Shown one piece after another: positions 22,489 through 30,322 of a stretch of DNA of 32,000 nt. The position numbers and the translations under genes were made by a program. The stretch comes from an uncultured Chloroflexia bacterium. Its GTDB lineage: Bacteria > Chloroflexota > Ktedonobacteria > Ktedonobacterales > JADMIN01. The stretch is from contig CAVRAI010000007.1 in NCBI GenBank assembly GCA_963718915.1, positions 180,001 to 212,000 of the forward strand, written 5' to 3'. How positions within the stretch are numbered: the first letter of the stretch is position 1; each line of letters opens with the position of its first letter. The notes under the pieces are model-generated. The model had not been told where the DNA came from and made no database searches. It worked only from the letters and a program-made list of their open reading frames with translations.

Positions 22489-23313
22489 ATGGCGCAGACG
22501 AAAGAACAGACACAACCAGCGGTAAAGTCGCCGCCAAAGGGGACGCAGCGAGCAACTGCGCCAACACCCACGACTCGACCGGCGACCTCACCCGCCCCGA
22601 AGGGCAACTGGCTGTCACGGCTGCGTCCACCGCTCACCACCGCGCCCACCGCGAACGGCAAGCCGCGTCAGCGTGCGGGCGGCACGATCTTCAAATCGTT
22701 CTTTGGCATCCTGATCTGGTTCATCGCGTCGCAGTTCATCATGTATCTGCTGTTGATTGTCGATGGCTGGCTGACCAGGCCCGGACAGAAACCTCCGCTC
22801 GAAACGCTCCATCTGTTGCCGCCCAACACCCCGCTGCTTGGCTGGATCACGCCCTTCCTGCTGCTCTATGGCGGCGCGGTCATCGGCCTGTGGTTCCTGC
22901 TGATTCGCTTCAACCTCATCCCGCGCGATTTCTTCGGCGCCCGCGCCCAGGCGCAGCAGCGCGCCCAGCGGCAGGCCGGAGGCGGCTCGACGGCGAATAA
23001 GACGGCGACCGGCGCGTCCACCGGACCGCGCAAGACGCGAGCCCAGCGTCGCTATACCGAGACGCAGGCGCAGATCCAGGCGCAGGCGAACGCCAAGGGC
23101 AGTAAGAATGGCGCAAAGCCCACTGCCACTGCCAAGGCCGCGCCCAAACCAGTAGCTAAAGGCCCAGTAGCTAAAGGCAGTGACACCGCAAAGAGCGCCA
23201 GCACGGCCAATGGGAAGAACGGCGCGCAGAGCTCTAGCGTCACGCACGACTCGGAATATGAGCGGGTACGCTCGGCGGATCGTCAGCGCCGCCGCCGCCA
23301 GGGCAAACGCTAA
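22489..23313 (+). CDS. Hypothetical membrane protein with basic low-complexity termini
   Basis: ATG at 22489 is preceded by GGAGGCAGG. There are two to three clear TM helices (FFGILIWFIASQFIMYLLLIV and WITPFLLLYGGAVIGLWFLLI). The C-terminal tail is K/A/Q-rich and contains a perfect 15-bp tandem duplication (23149-23178, PVAKG x2). I recognise no family. Confidence 0.55.
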   Translation: MAQTKEQTQPAVKSPPKGTQRATAPTPTTRPATSPAPKGNWLSRLRPPLTTAPTANGKPRQRAGGTIFKSFFGILIWFIASQFIMYLLLIVDGWLTRPGQKPPLETLHLLPPNTPLLGWITPFLLLYGGAVIGLWFLLIRFNLIPRDFFGARAQAQQRAQRQAGGGSTANKTATGASTGPRKTRAQRRYTETQAQIQAQANAKGSKNGAKPTATAKAAPKPVAKGPVAKGSDTAKSASTANGKNGAQSSSVTHDSEYERVRSADRQRRRRQGKR

Positions 23314-23469
23314 TCTCCAGCGGAGCGCCAGCGCCCATCATCCGTGTCATGAAGCCGCTGATGTGGCGCGGCGCTCTACCAGCATTGCAAATCTCGCCCT
23401 CTTCTCTGCCGTCCGCGCTCCGCAACGTGCCTGCTGTTACCACTCAATACCTCAAAGGATGAATGTTTG

Positions 23470-24531
23470 ATGGGCAAAGTATCCTCCCGCATACGTAACC
23501 ACCCCTTCCCCTATCACGATATCCTCTTTGGCGCGCGCCTGGTCGCCATTCGCGAAGAACCGTCCGCCAGCGGCGAGAACGCCATCGACATCCTCTTCGA
23601 CTTCGAGGAGCTTCGGCTGGTGAAGCCGCCACAGCCTTGTGGCTCGCCGCTCTGGCCAGAGGAGCGGGTGGAGGGAGAATACCATCCGCGAACGCTCCGC
23701 TTCACCGAAGCTGAATGGGTTCAGCGCAGCCCTGTTCTGGAACGACTCGATCAGATACCTTCAGAGCATGGGGTGCGTACGATCATGGGCGTGCTTCATT
23801 GGAGCGGGCCTGACCTGGGTAAGATCGTCCTCATCTTTACTCAGGAGTCGGCTGATTGCATGCTGCGGGCCAACGACTTCATGCTGGAAGACCGCACTGG
23901 CGAACCGCAACCAGCCATGTTCCTGCGGCGCTGGTCCAACGCGCCGCCGCATCCAGTAGGCCTGGTGCCCGAACGCCACAAGATACTGCATCGGTATAAC
24001 GGCGACCCGATCACCATTGCGCTGGGCAACCGCCGCTATCGCTACCGGCTCTTCATCGGTGGTCTGCGCTATCAGACCGATGTCCGCCCGGATGTTGACG
24101 CGGTCCTCAACCTGTGCGAGCTGGATAATCCCTGGGTCGCGCATACGGGTCGCCACCTGTGTGACCGCTTTGCCCGGAAGGGTGAGATGTCAATTGGCAT
24201 GGATATGAGCGACCTGCTGGCGGAGGCGCGCTGGGTGGTTGGGCGTCTGCGGGCGGGGCAGCGGGTGCTGGTGCATTGCTACGCGGGGGTGAATCGTTCT
24301 TCGACGGTCTGCTGCGCCGCACTGATGCTGCTGGAAGGAATCACCGCCAACGAGGCGCTGGCCAGAGCGCGCGAAAACCATCCCAGTTGTCGGCCTGACC
24401 CCTATAACTGGTTCCTGCTGGAGCATCTGCATGACGCGGTCGCCGCTGAAGAACTGGCCAACGAGGATACCCAGACGCTCCCGGCGGTGGATGCGGCCGC
24501 ACTCTTGCGGAGTGAGGCGACGGTGGGATAG
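23470..24531 (+). CDS. Protein with an unknown N-terminal domain and a C-terminal dual-specificity (Cys-based) protein phosphatase domain
   Basis: The P-loop VLVHCYAGVNRSSTV matches HCX5R(S/T). The ~230-aa N-terminus is unrecognised. The start is ATG at 23470. Confidence 0.7.
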   Translation: MGKVSSRIRNHPFPYHDILFGARLVAIREEPSASGENAIDILFDFEELRLVKPPQPCGSPLWPEERVEGEYHPRTLRFTEAEWVQRSPVLERLDQIPSEHGVRTIMGVLHWSGPDLGKIVLIFTQESADCMLRANDFMLEDRTGEPQPAMFLRRWSNAPPHPVGLVPERHKILHRYNGDPITIALGNRRYRYRLFIGGLRYQTDVRPDVDAVLNLCELDNPWVAHTGRHLCDRFARKGEMSIGMDMSDLLAEARWVVGRLRAGQRVLVHCYAGVNRSSTVCCAALMLLEGITANEALARARENHPSCRPDPYNWFLLEHLHDAVAAEELANEDTQTLPAVDAAALLRSEATVG

Positions 24532-24577
24532 AATCCGGGCACGCGCGCCCAGATAGCACATTCACCGGGGGAAGACT

Positions 24578-24958
24578 ATGATACACTACGATGCGGCGGC
24601 GATTCGCCAGCGACTCGAAGCGGATCGTCGGCGGCTGGAAGACGATATCTACCAGCGCACCGAGGGTGATGAGGCCGTCGTTCCATCCGACCCGATTAGC
24701 GATAGTGGCGGCACGCGCGGCCATTCCGCCGAGGAGGCCGACGCCATGGCGGATGCCGAACGCAGCAATCTGGTGCTGGGCAACTCGCGGACGCTGCTAG
24801 AGCAGGTGCGGGCGGCGTTGCAGCGGCTGGATGACGGCACGTATGGCTTCTGCCAGCGCTGTGGCAAGCCGATTGGCGAGCGGCGGCTCGAAGCGTTGCC
24901 CTCTGCCATCTATGATCTGGAATGTCAGGAGATCGTCGAACGCGAGACGACCCTGTGA
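24578..24958 (+). CDS. TraR/DksA-family C4 zinc-finger protein
   Basis: The zinc finger is CQRCGKPIGERRLEALPSAIYDLEC (CxxC-N17-C). A coiled-coil N-terminus precedes it. The RBS is GGGGGAAG. Confidence 0.8.
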   Translation: MIHYDAAAIRQRLEADRRRLEDDIYQRTEGDEAVVPSDPISDSGGTRGHSAEEADAMADAERSNLVLGNSRTLLEQVRAALQRLDDGTYGFCQRCGKPIGERRLEALPSAIYDLECQEIVERETTL

Positions 24959-24967
24959 GGAGAATTC

Positions 24968-25522
24968 ATGAGCCTTGCTCGACAACGTGATCTGGCGATG
25001 GTGGGCCTGGGCCTGCTGGTTATCGTACTTGACCAGTTGACCAAACACTGGGTTGTCTCCTATTTCAGCACAAAGCCCGAGGGCTATACCGTGCCCATTC
25101 TTGGCCAGATGCTCTCGCTGGAATATGTGCAGAATCAAGGTGTCGCCTTCAGCCTGCTCGAAGGCCAGACGGTGATGTTCCTCTTCATTGCCATCGCCAT
25201 CGGCGTCATCGGATATCTCTACTGGCGCTCGCGCGAGACCGGCTCGCTGGCGCTCAAGCTGACGTTCGGCCTGGTGCTGGGCGGCGCCATCGGCAACCTG
25301 ATCGACCGCTTCTCGCACAGCTACGTCGTCGACTTCATCCACTTCCAAATTCCAGCCATCCACTTCGACTTTGCCGTCTTTAACGTCGCCGACAGCGCTA
25401 TCTCCATCGGCGTCGTGCTGCTTGCCCTGATGATCTGGCGTATGGGCGCGGAGGGCGAGCGCGCTACCAGCAGCAGAAGCCTTGCGGCCAGCGAGACGGC
25501 GGAAACGCCAGCGGAGGACTAG
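24968..25522 (+). CDS. lspA: Lipoprotein signal peptidase (signal peptidase II)
   Basis: LspA motifs are present: DQLTKHWV, NQGVAFSLL, GGAIGNLIDR, VVDFI and FNVADSAISIG. ATG at 24968 is preceded by GAGGAG. Confidence 0.9.
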   Translation: MSLARQRDLAMVGLGLLVIVLDQLTKHWVVSYFSTKPEGYTVPILGQMLSLEYVQNQGVAFSLLEGQTVMFLFIAIAIGVIGYLYWRSRETGSLALKLTFGLVLGGAIGNLIDRFSHSYVVDFIHFQIPAIHFDFAVFNVADSAISIGVVLLALMIWRMGAEGERATSSRSLAASETAETPAED

Positions 25523-26512
25523 GTGGCTGCCCGCACGAAGAAGTCCGCGCCAAAGCCGACGGACGACCACATACCCGCGCCCACGGTCATCGAAGTGACC
25601 GAGACCCTCGATGGCGAGCGGCTGGATCGCGCGTTGGCGCTGCTATTCCCTGAGCTATCACGCACACGGGCGCAGGCAGCCATCAAGGCGGGGGCGGTGC
25701 GCGTCAATGGGCGGTCGGTTCGTGTCAGCCATCAGCTAGAGATGGGCCAGCGGATCGAGATAGACGCGGGCGCGCTCAAGATTGCTGGCGTCGCGGGGGG
25801 AGAAGGCGGGTCGTTGCCACTGGCCGAGGCGATTCCGCTACGGGTGGTCTTTGAGGACGAGCACCTGCTGGTGGTGGATAAACCCTCCGGGCTGGTGGTG
25901 CATCCCGCGCCGGGCCACGCCACCGGCACACTGGTGAACGCGCTGCTGGCGCACCTGCCGGGACTGACGGCTGGCAGCGATGCGACGCGCCCAGGTATTG
26001 TCCATCGGCTGGATAAGGATACGTCCGGGCTGATCGTGATCGCGAAGGATGCGCCGACGCATACCGCGCTCGCCCAGCAGATGAAGGAGCATAGCACGGT
26101 CAAGCGCTATCTGGCGCTGGTGGAGGGGCGCATGCCCGCGCATGAGGGCGTGATCGATGCCCCCATCGGACGCGATCCTCGCCATCGCCAGCGGATGGCG
26201 CTGGTGAGCGAGGTCAACGGTGGACGCGAGGCGCGCACCCGCTTCAAGGTGCTGCGTGAGGTGCGTGGGCGCTCGCTGGTGGAGTTGCAGCTTGAGACTG
26301 GGCGCACCCACCAGATTCGCGTCCATCTCGCCTCTGTGGGGCATCCGGTCGTCGGCGACAGCGTCTATGGTCGGGCGCAGCTGCCGCTGCCGCCACGCCA
26401 GTTTCTGCACGCCACCCACCTGGAGTTCGTCCATCCGACGACCGGCGAATGGCTCATCTTCGACGCGCCACTGCCACCTGATCTCGCCGATTTTCTCGCC
26501 GCGCAGGAGTGA
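25523..26512 (+). CDS. rluD: RluA-family 23S rRNA pseudouridine synthase (RluD-like, with an S4 domain)
   Basis: The catalytic motif is HRLDKDTSGLIVIAKD, followed by GRTHQIRVHLA. There is an N-terminal S4-like region. GTG at 25523 directly abuts the lspA stop. Confidence 0.85.
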   Translation: MAARTKKSAPKPTDDHIPAPTVIEVTETLDGERLDRALALLFPELSRTRAQAAIKAGAVRVNGRSVRVSHQLEMGQRIEIDAGALKIAGVAGGEGGSLPLAEAIPLRVVFEDEHLLVVDKPSGLVVHPAPGHATGTLVNALLAHLPGLTAGSDATRPGIVHRLDKDTSGLIVIAKDAPTHTALAQQMKEHSTVKRYLALVEGRMPAHEGVIDAPIGRDPRHRQRMALVSEVNGGREARTRFKVLREVRGRSLVELQLETGRTHQIRVHLASVGHPVVGDSVYGRAQLPLPPRQFLHATHLEFVHPTTGEWLIFDAPLPPDLADFLAAQE

Positions 26513-26552
26513 GCGTGGGGTGACGCTTCGCGGCATGAATGCCGCGGCTAAT

Positions 26553-26963
26553 CTATCCGATGAAGACATCCGCAGGTACGCCGAATCGCTCGGCCAGTCG
26601 CGTGATGTGCGTGAGCGCCAGGTGGCGTTTGCCCGCCAGCACCTCGGAGACGATGGAGCGCGTGCCGAAGTCGGAGACGAGATCAGCCTGGGTCAGCCCG
26701 TTCTCTTCCATCAGGTAGCGGAGCAGATCGACTCCGGACACTGGCGGAATCACCACATGGGCATTTTCGTAGATCTCGACCAGATCGGTCAATGCCATCA
26801 AGTATTCTTCCTCTGCCTCCGACCGATCGGGGATATCGAGCAGCCGGTCAATCACCGCCAGCGCCTCGTCCAGATGGGCGTTGTTGTGAATCGAGACCAG
26901 GGGGAAGGCACGGACGAGAGCTAGATACTGCTCTTCGGTCGCTTTTTTCATTATCATCGCCAT
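26553..26963 (-). CDS. higA: HigA-family antitoxin (HTH, COG5499-like)
   Basis: The C-terminal HTH reads GLTQADLVSDFGTRSIVSEVLAGKRHLALTHITRLAERFGVPADVF. The gene starts 24 nt downstream of the higB stop. The RBS is GGAAGGGAAGG. Confidence 0.75.
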   Translation of the reverse strand: MAMIMKKATEEQYLALVRAFPLVSIHNNAHLDEALAVIDRLLDIPDRSEAEEEYLMALTDLVEIYENAHVVIPPVSGVDLLRYLMEENGLTQADLVSDFGTRSIVSEVLAGKRHLALTHITRLAERFGVPADVFIG

Positions 26964-26987
26964 CGTTATGCCTTCCCTTCCGGGGTC

Positions 26988-27296
26988 TCATGCTTTCCAG
27001 TCGCCTTTGTCGTACTCCGAATGTGTCAGCAAATGCTTAATATATATCCTCTGTCTTTCGTAGAGGATATGTACAACTAACCGATAGTCATTGCCTTTGA
27101 TGTTAAAGACGGTCTTGCCGCCCACAACGTCAGCCTGAGGGAACGCTTGACGCACTTCACTGAGGTTGTGCCAAGTTGCCTTGCTCGCGATGTTGTACCA
27201 AGCAATGACTTGGCTTTTACAATCTCCGTGCTTGTCGGCAAACTCCATCAAGCGACTCTTTGCGATAACATGCAATCCACGCTCCCTCACTGGCAT
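26988..27296 (-). CDS. higB: HigB-family type II toxin (RelE-fold mRNA interferase, PF09907-like)
   Basis: The sequence HVIAKSRLMEFADKH...AWYNIASKATWHNLSEVRQAFPQADVVGGKTVFNIKGNDYRLVVHILYERQRIYIKHLLTHSEYDK closely follows the HigB_toxin pattern. The toxin-first gene order is typical of higBA. A TTG at 27275 with AGGGAG 6 nt upstream is a probable alternative start. The gene is visibly lower in GC than its flanks. Confidence 0.8.
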   Translation of the reverse strand: MPVRERGLHVIAKSRLMEFADKHGDCKSQVIAWYNIASKATWHNLSEVRQAFPQADVVGGKTVFNIKGNDYRLVVHILYERQRIYIKHLLTHSEYDKGDWKA

Positions 27297-27316
27297 ACAA
27301 TATGTTGTGATTCAAT

Positions 27317-27333
27317 GTTCGCATATTGCGAAC
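27317..27333. promoter_or_regulatory. Perfect palindrome GTTCGCA-TAT-TGCGAAC (candidate HigA/HigBA operator)
   Basis: Read directly from the sequence. It lies 21-37 bp upstream of the higB ATG. A second, imperfect palindrome ACAATATGTTGT (27297-27308) is adjacent. Confidence 0.5.
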
Positions 27334-27701
27334 AAATTGTCAAGCCCACATCGGCGTCTTGTACAATCTTTACTTTTTACCCCATTCCAACGTATAGTTC
27401 TACGGCTGGGGGAATAGCGCCCCCACCGTGCGACTACATCGAGCCGCCTCCCGAACCGTCCTCACCCGGCGCTTCGCAGCATTCCACACCAAGGATAGAA
27501 GCTGTCTCAGGCAGGGAGCTTGATCGCAGTGAAAGGGACTCCATGAGTACCGATGGCAGCATGCACACCGAGCAACCAGCTCGCGGCATGCTTGTTGGCA
27601 CCTATCTCAGTTGGTACATCGGCTGCTTCCAGAGCGGAAACAGCTAGCGCCGCCCGCGCGTAGAATGCGCCGCGCCGCGCATTGTAGAGGAGATTCGCTA
27701 C

Positions 27702-29333
27702 GTGTTCGGACCCCACCTGATTATCGATGGTTCCCGTTGTAACATCCGCAAGCTCGCAGATCGCATCCTCGTCGAGCAAGTGTTGAATGACTATCCCGCC
27801 GCAATCGGCATGACCAAAATCGGCGGCCCCTATATGTTCGAGTACCAGGCGCCCGACCCCGCCTATTCCGGCGTCTCCGGCCTGGTCGTCATCGCCGAGA
27901 GCCACATCGCCATCCACACCTTCCCGGAGTTGGATTACTTCACGATGGACATCTTCTCGTGCAAGAACTTTGACCATGAGAAGGCCATCGAGTACATCCG
28001 CACCGCGTTCGACGTGGAGGAGATGGATCGGATGCTGGTGCAGCGCGGCCTCTCGTTCAAGGGGCCACACCACGGCAAAAACGGCGCGACCGATGAGCTG
28101 ATCGCCGCCGCCGAGGCCCGCCTGCGGGCTGGCATCATCAGCAAAGAGCCAGCCCTGCCCGATGTCACGCCTGACGACACGCCTGACGACACGCCTGGCG
28201 AGCAGCCCAGTGAGATGCTGAGCGATGAGCGCGCCGCCATCCTGGCAAGTCGCGCCGCCGCCGGGCAGGATGCCGCCGGTGGTCGGATGCTCTGGCCGCA
28301 GTATGGCGTGACGCCCGATGTTGGCACATATGGCGCCGCCACAACAGTTGACGCCTGCGAGCCGTGCGCGCGTGGCGGGGCCACTGTCGTCGCGCTGACC
28401 GGGGACCAGCACGCGCCGACCGACGCCAATGGCACGCCGCTACCCGTCGCCGAGCCGGTGCTGGTCAATCCGACCGCCTCGATGAGCGGCCTGCTGGATA
28501 AGATGGCGGCCACCGGCGGGCAGGCGCGCGCGCTGGGGCTGGCGCTGGCCGAGTGGGAGCGGCTGGTACGCGCCGAGAAGACGGCGATTGCGCTGACGCT
28601 TTCCGCGCCAGTCATTGCCGAGGGCATGCGCGAACTGCTGGTCTACGCCGTCGAACACGGCTACGTCGATAGCATTATCGCCAGCAGCGACAACCTGCTT
28701 GCGGATCTCTACGAGGCGCTTGGCCACGCGCATTTCGCCAGCGACGACGGCGCGATGGTGATGACCGACGAGGGCCGGGAGCACGCGCTGGCGGTCTTCC
28801 GCGACTTCCTAGCGGAGCAGCAGCCGGGTATCGCCGCGTCGGAACTGTGGCAGCGGCTGGGCGCAATCCTGCCGACGACGGCTCCACGCAAGGGGCTGCT
28901 TCAGGCGGCGGCGCAGACCGGAACGCCTATATATACGCCCGACCTCGGCGTCAGCGCGTTCGGGGCGGCGTTGTTGTCTCCACAGTCCGACGGAGCGGCC
29001 TTCGTGGTGGATGCTGGCGCCGATACACTGGCGCTGGCACGTCTGCTTGCGGCGCGCGATGCGTTCGGCGTTATCCAGTGTGGCGCGGGCGCGTCCGATG
29101 CGCTGCTGGCCCAGGCGCAGGCGGCCACGGGTCTGCTGGGCCTGCCGACTCCGGCGCTGGCGGGTGTCGTCGCGTTGGGCGCGCAGCCCTTCGCCACGGG
29201 CAGGCATGCCATCGCCGTCCGTGCGGACGCCTCGCTGGCGCTGCCACTGCTGGTCAGCGGGCTGGCCCAGCGCCACCCACAGACGCGAGCGCGAGCCGCC
29301 GCCAGCACAGCGAAAGCTCCCGCGCTGGCGTAA
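27702..29333 (+). CDS. Fusion: pyruvoyl-dependent S-adenosylmethionine decarboxylase proenzyme (SpeH/SpeD class 1) plus a divergent deoxyhypusine synthase-like domain
   Basis: GTG at 27702 is preceded by AGAGGAG. The N-terminus reads GLVVIAESHIAIHTFPELDYFTMDIFSC (the ES self-cleavage site is E66-S67). A repeat-encoded linker follows. The C-terminus reads ALTLSAPVIAEGMRELLVYAVEHGYVDSIIASSDN...TPIYTPDLGVSAFG...GAQPFATGRHAIAVRADASLALPLLVSGLAQ, which is DHS-family-like. Confidence 0.8.
   Translation: MFGPHLIIDGSRCNIRKLADRILVEQVLNDYPAAIGMTKIGGPYMFEYQAPDPAYSGVSGLVVIAESHIAIHTFPELDYFTMDIFSCKNFDHEKAIEYIRTAFDVEEMDRMLVQRGLSFKGPHHGKNGATDELIAAAEARLRAGIISKEPALPDVTPDDTPDDTPGEQPSEMLSDERAAILASRAAAGQDAAGGRMLWPQYGVTPDVGTYGAATTVDACEPCARGGATVVALTGDQHAPTDANGTPLPVAEPVLVNPTASMSGLLDKMAATGGQARALGLALAEWERLVRAEKTAIALTLSAPVIAEGMRELLVYAVEHGYVDSIIASSDNLLADLYEALGHAHFASDDGAMVMTDEGREHALAVFRDFLAEQQPGIAASELWQRLGAILPTTAPRKGLLQAAAQTGTPIYTPDLGVSAFGAALLSPQSDGAAFVVDAGADTLALARLLAARDAFGVIQCGAGASDALLAQAQAATGLLGLPTPALAGVVALGAQPFATGRHAIAVRADASLALPLLVSGLAQRHPQTRARAAASTAKAPALA
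28167..28202. repeat. Coding 12-bp tandem repeat (acgcctgacgac x2 plus a degenerate third unit)
   Basis: It encodes TPDD-TPDD-TPGE in the interdomain linker of the fusion protein. Confidence 0.9.
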
Positions 29334-29352
29334 TCTACCCTACAACGCGAAT

Positions 29353-29382
29353 GCCCCCTCTCTCGACTGAAGAAGAGGGGGC
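29353..29382 (+). terminator. Terminator hairpin between convergent genes
   Basis: GCCCCCTCT (29353-29361) pairs perfectly with AGAGGGGGC (29374-29382) around a 12-nt loop, followed by GTTACTTTG. It lies 20 nt after the fusion gene's stop. Confidence 0.55.
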
Positions 29383-29412
29383 GTTACTTTGCGTCTCGGC
29401 CTGCCAGTCAAA

Positions 29413-30174
29413 TCAGTGTTTTGCCAGCCAGTCGAGGATGGTCTGCGCAAACCATTCGGGACGGGCGTTGTGGACATCGTGTCCGGCGCCCTCTACCACG
29501 ATCGTCTCGCCATGAGGCAGGCGCGACGCTATCTTGTCGAGCAGCGCCCTGGGGACGAACATGTCGTGCTCGCCAACGATGAGCAGCACCGGGCAAGCGA
29601 TATCCCCCGCGTGCGCGGCACTGAGGTCGCCGCCAGCCGCGATGATGGCGCTGAGGGCGGTGACTTCGCTTTGCGTCATGGCGCGCGCGTTGGCCTCGCC
29701 ATACGTGGCAACAAGGTAGTCGCGATAACCCTGCAACGGCGGGATGGGATGATCGACGACGTTGTTCATCACTTCGCGCAACTGGCCCTCGGGATCGCTG
29801 ATCGTGCCACTTGCGCCCCAGGTCAGCACGGAGCGCACGAGATCCGGCGCCTGCTCAGCCATCAGCAGGGCAATCTCGCCGCCATCGCTGAAGCCGAGCA
29901 GATGCGTTGGCCCGGTGTTCAGCGTTCGCAGCAGGTCGGCGAACGAGCGTGCGTCATCGGCAAGATAGCTGGCGGTGTACTCGCGTGGCTGCGGCCCCGA
30001 GCGCCCTGAGCCAGGGAGATCGGCGGCGATGACCCGATTGCCGGGAACAAGCGCCCTTCGCAGCGCGGAGTGGCCCTCGATCCGGTCGCTGAATCCCGGC
30101 AGCAGCAGGACAGGCTCGCCAGCGCCACTCTCCTCATAGTAGATACGCGATGTACCATGCTCGAACCATGACAT
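29413..30174 (-). CDS. Alpha/beta-fold hydrolase
   Basis: The oxyanion region is VLLLPGFS, the nucleophile elbow is LGFSDGG, and the C-terminal catalytic His region is GAGHDVH. ATG at 30174 is preceded by AGAGGGAGAG. Confidence 0.85.
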   Translation of the reverse strand: MSWFEHGTSRIYYEESGAGEPVLLLPGFSDRIEGHSALRRALVPGNRVIAADLPGSGRSGPQPREYTASYLADDARSFADLLRTLNTGPTHLLGFSDGGEIALLMAEQAPDLVRSVLTWGASGTISDPEGQLREVMNNVVDHPIPPLQGYRDYLVATYGEANARAMTQSEVTALSAIIAAGGDLSAAHAGDIACPVLLIVGEHDMFVPRALLDKIASRLPHGETIVVEGAGHDVHNARPEWFAQTILDWLAKH

Positions 30175-30322
30175 CTTTGCTCTCCCTCTTTACTCCTCAT
30201 CGCGCCGTGACGACGCGCGTCATCCCTTCTCGATTACGGTATGGTATCCTGCAATGAAGCACCAGTTCAGGAATTGAACCGGTCGCTGGGGTTCGCCACT
30301 TTGAGACGCGGGAGGCCATCTC

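Noticed and set aside
27420-27701. A SAM-responsive riboswitch or small leader ORF (27543-27647, MSTDGSMHTEQPARGMLVGTYLSWYIGCFQSGNS) upstream of the AdoMetDC fusion gene.
   Set aside because: I recognise no SAM-I, II, III or SAH motif elements. The only clear structure is the hairpin AATGCGC-cgcgcc-GCGCATT (27664-27683) next to the RBS. The small ORF has a poorly spaced SD and no supporting evidence.
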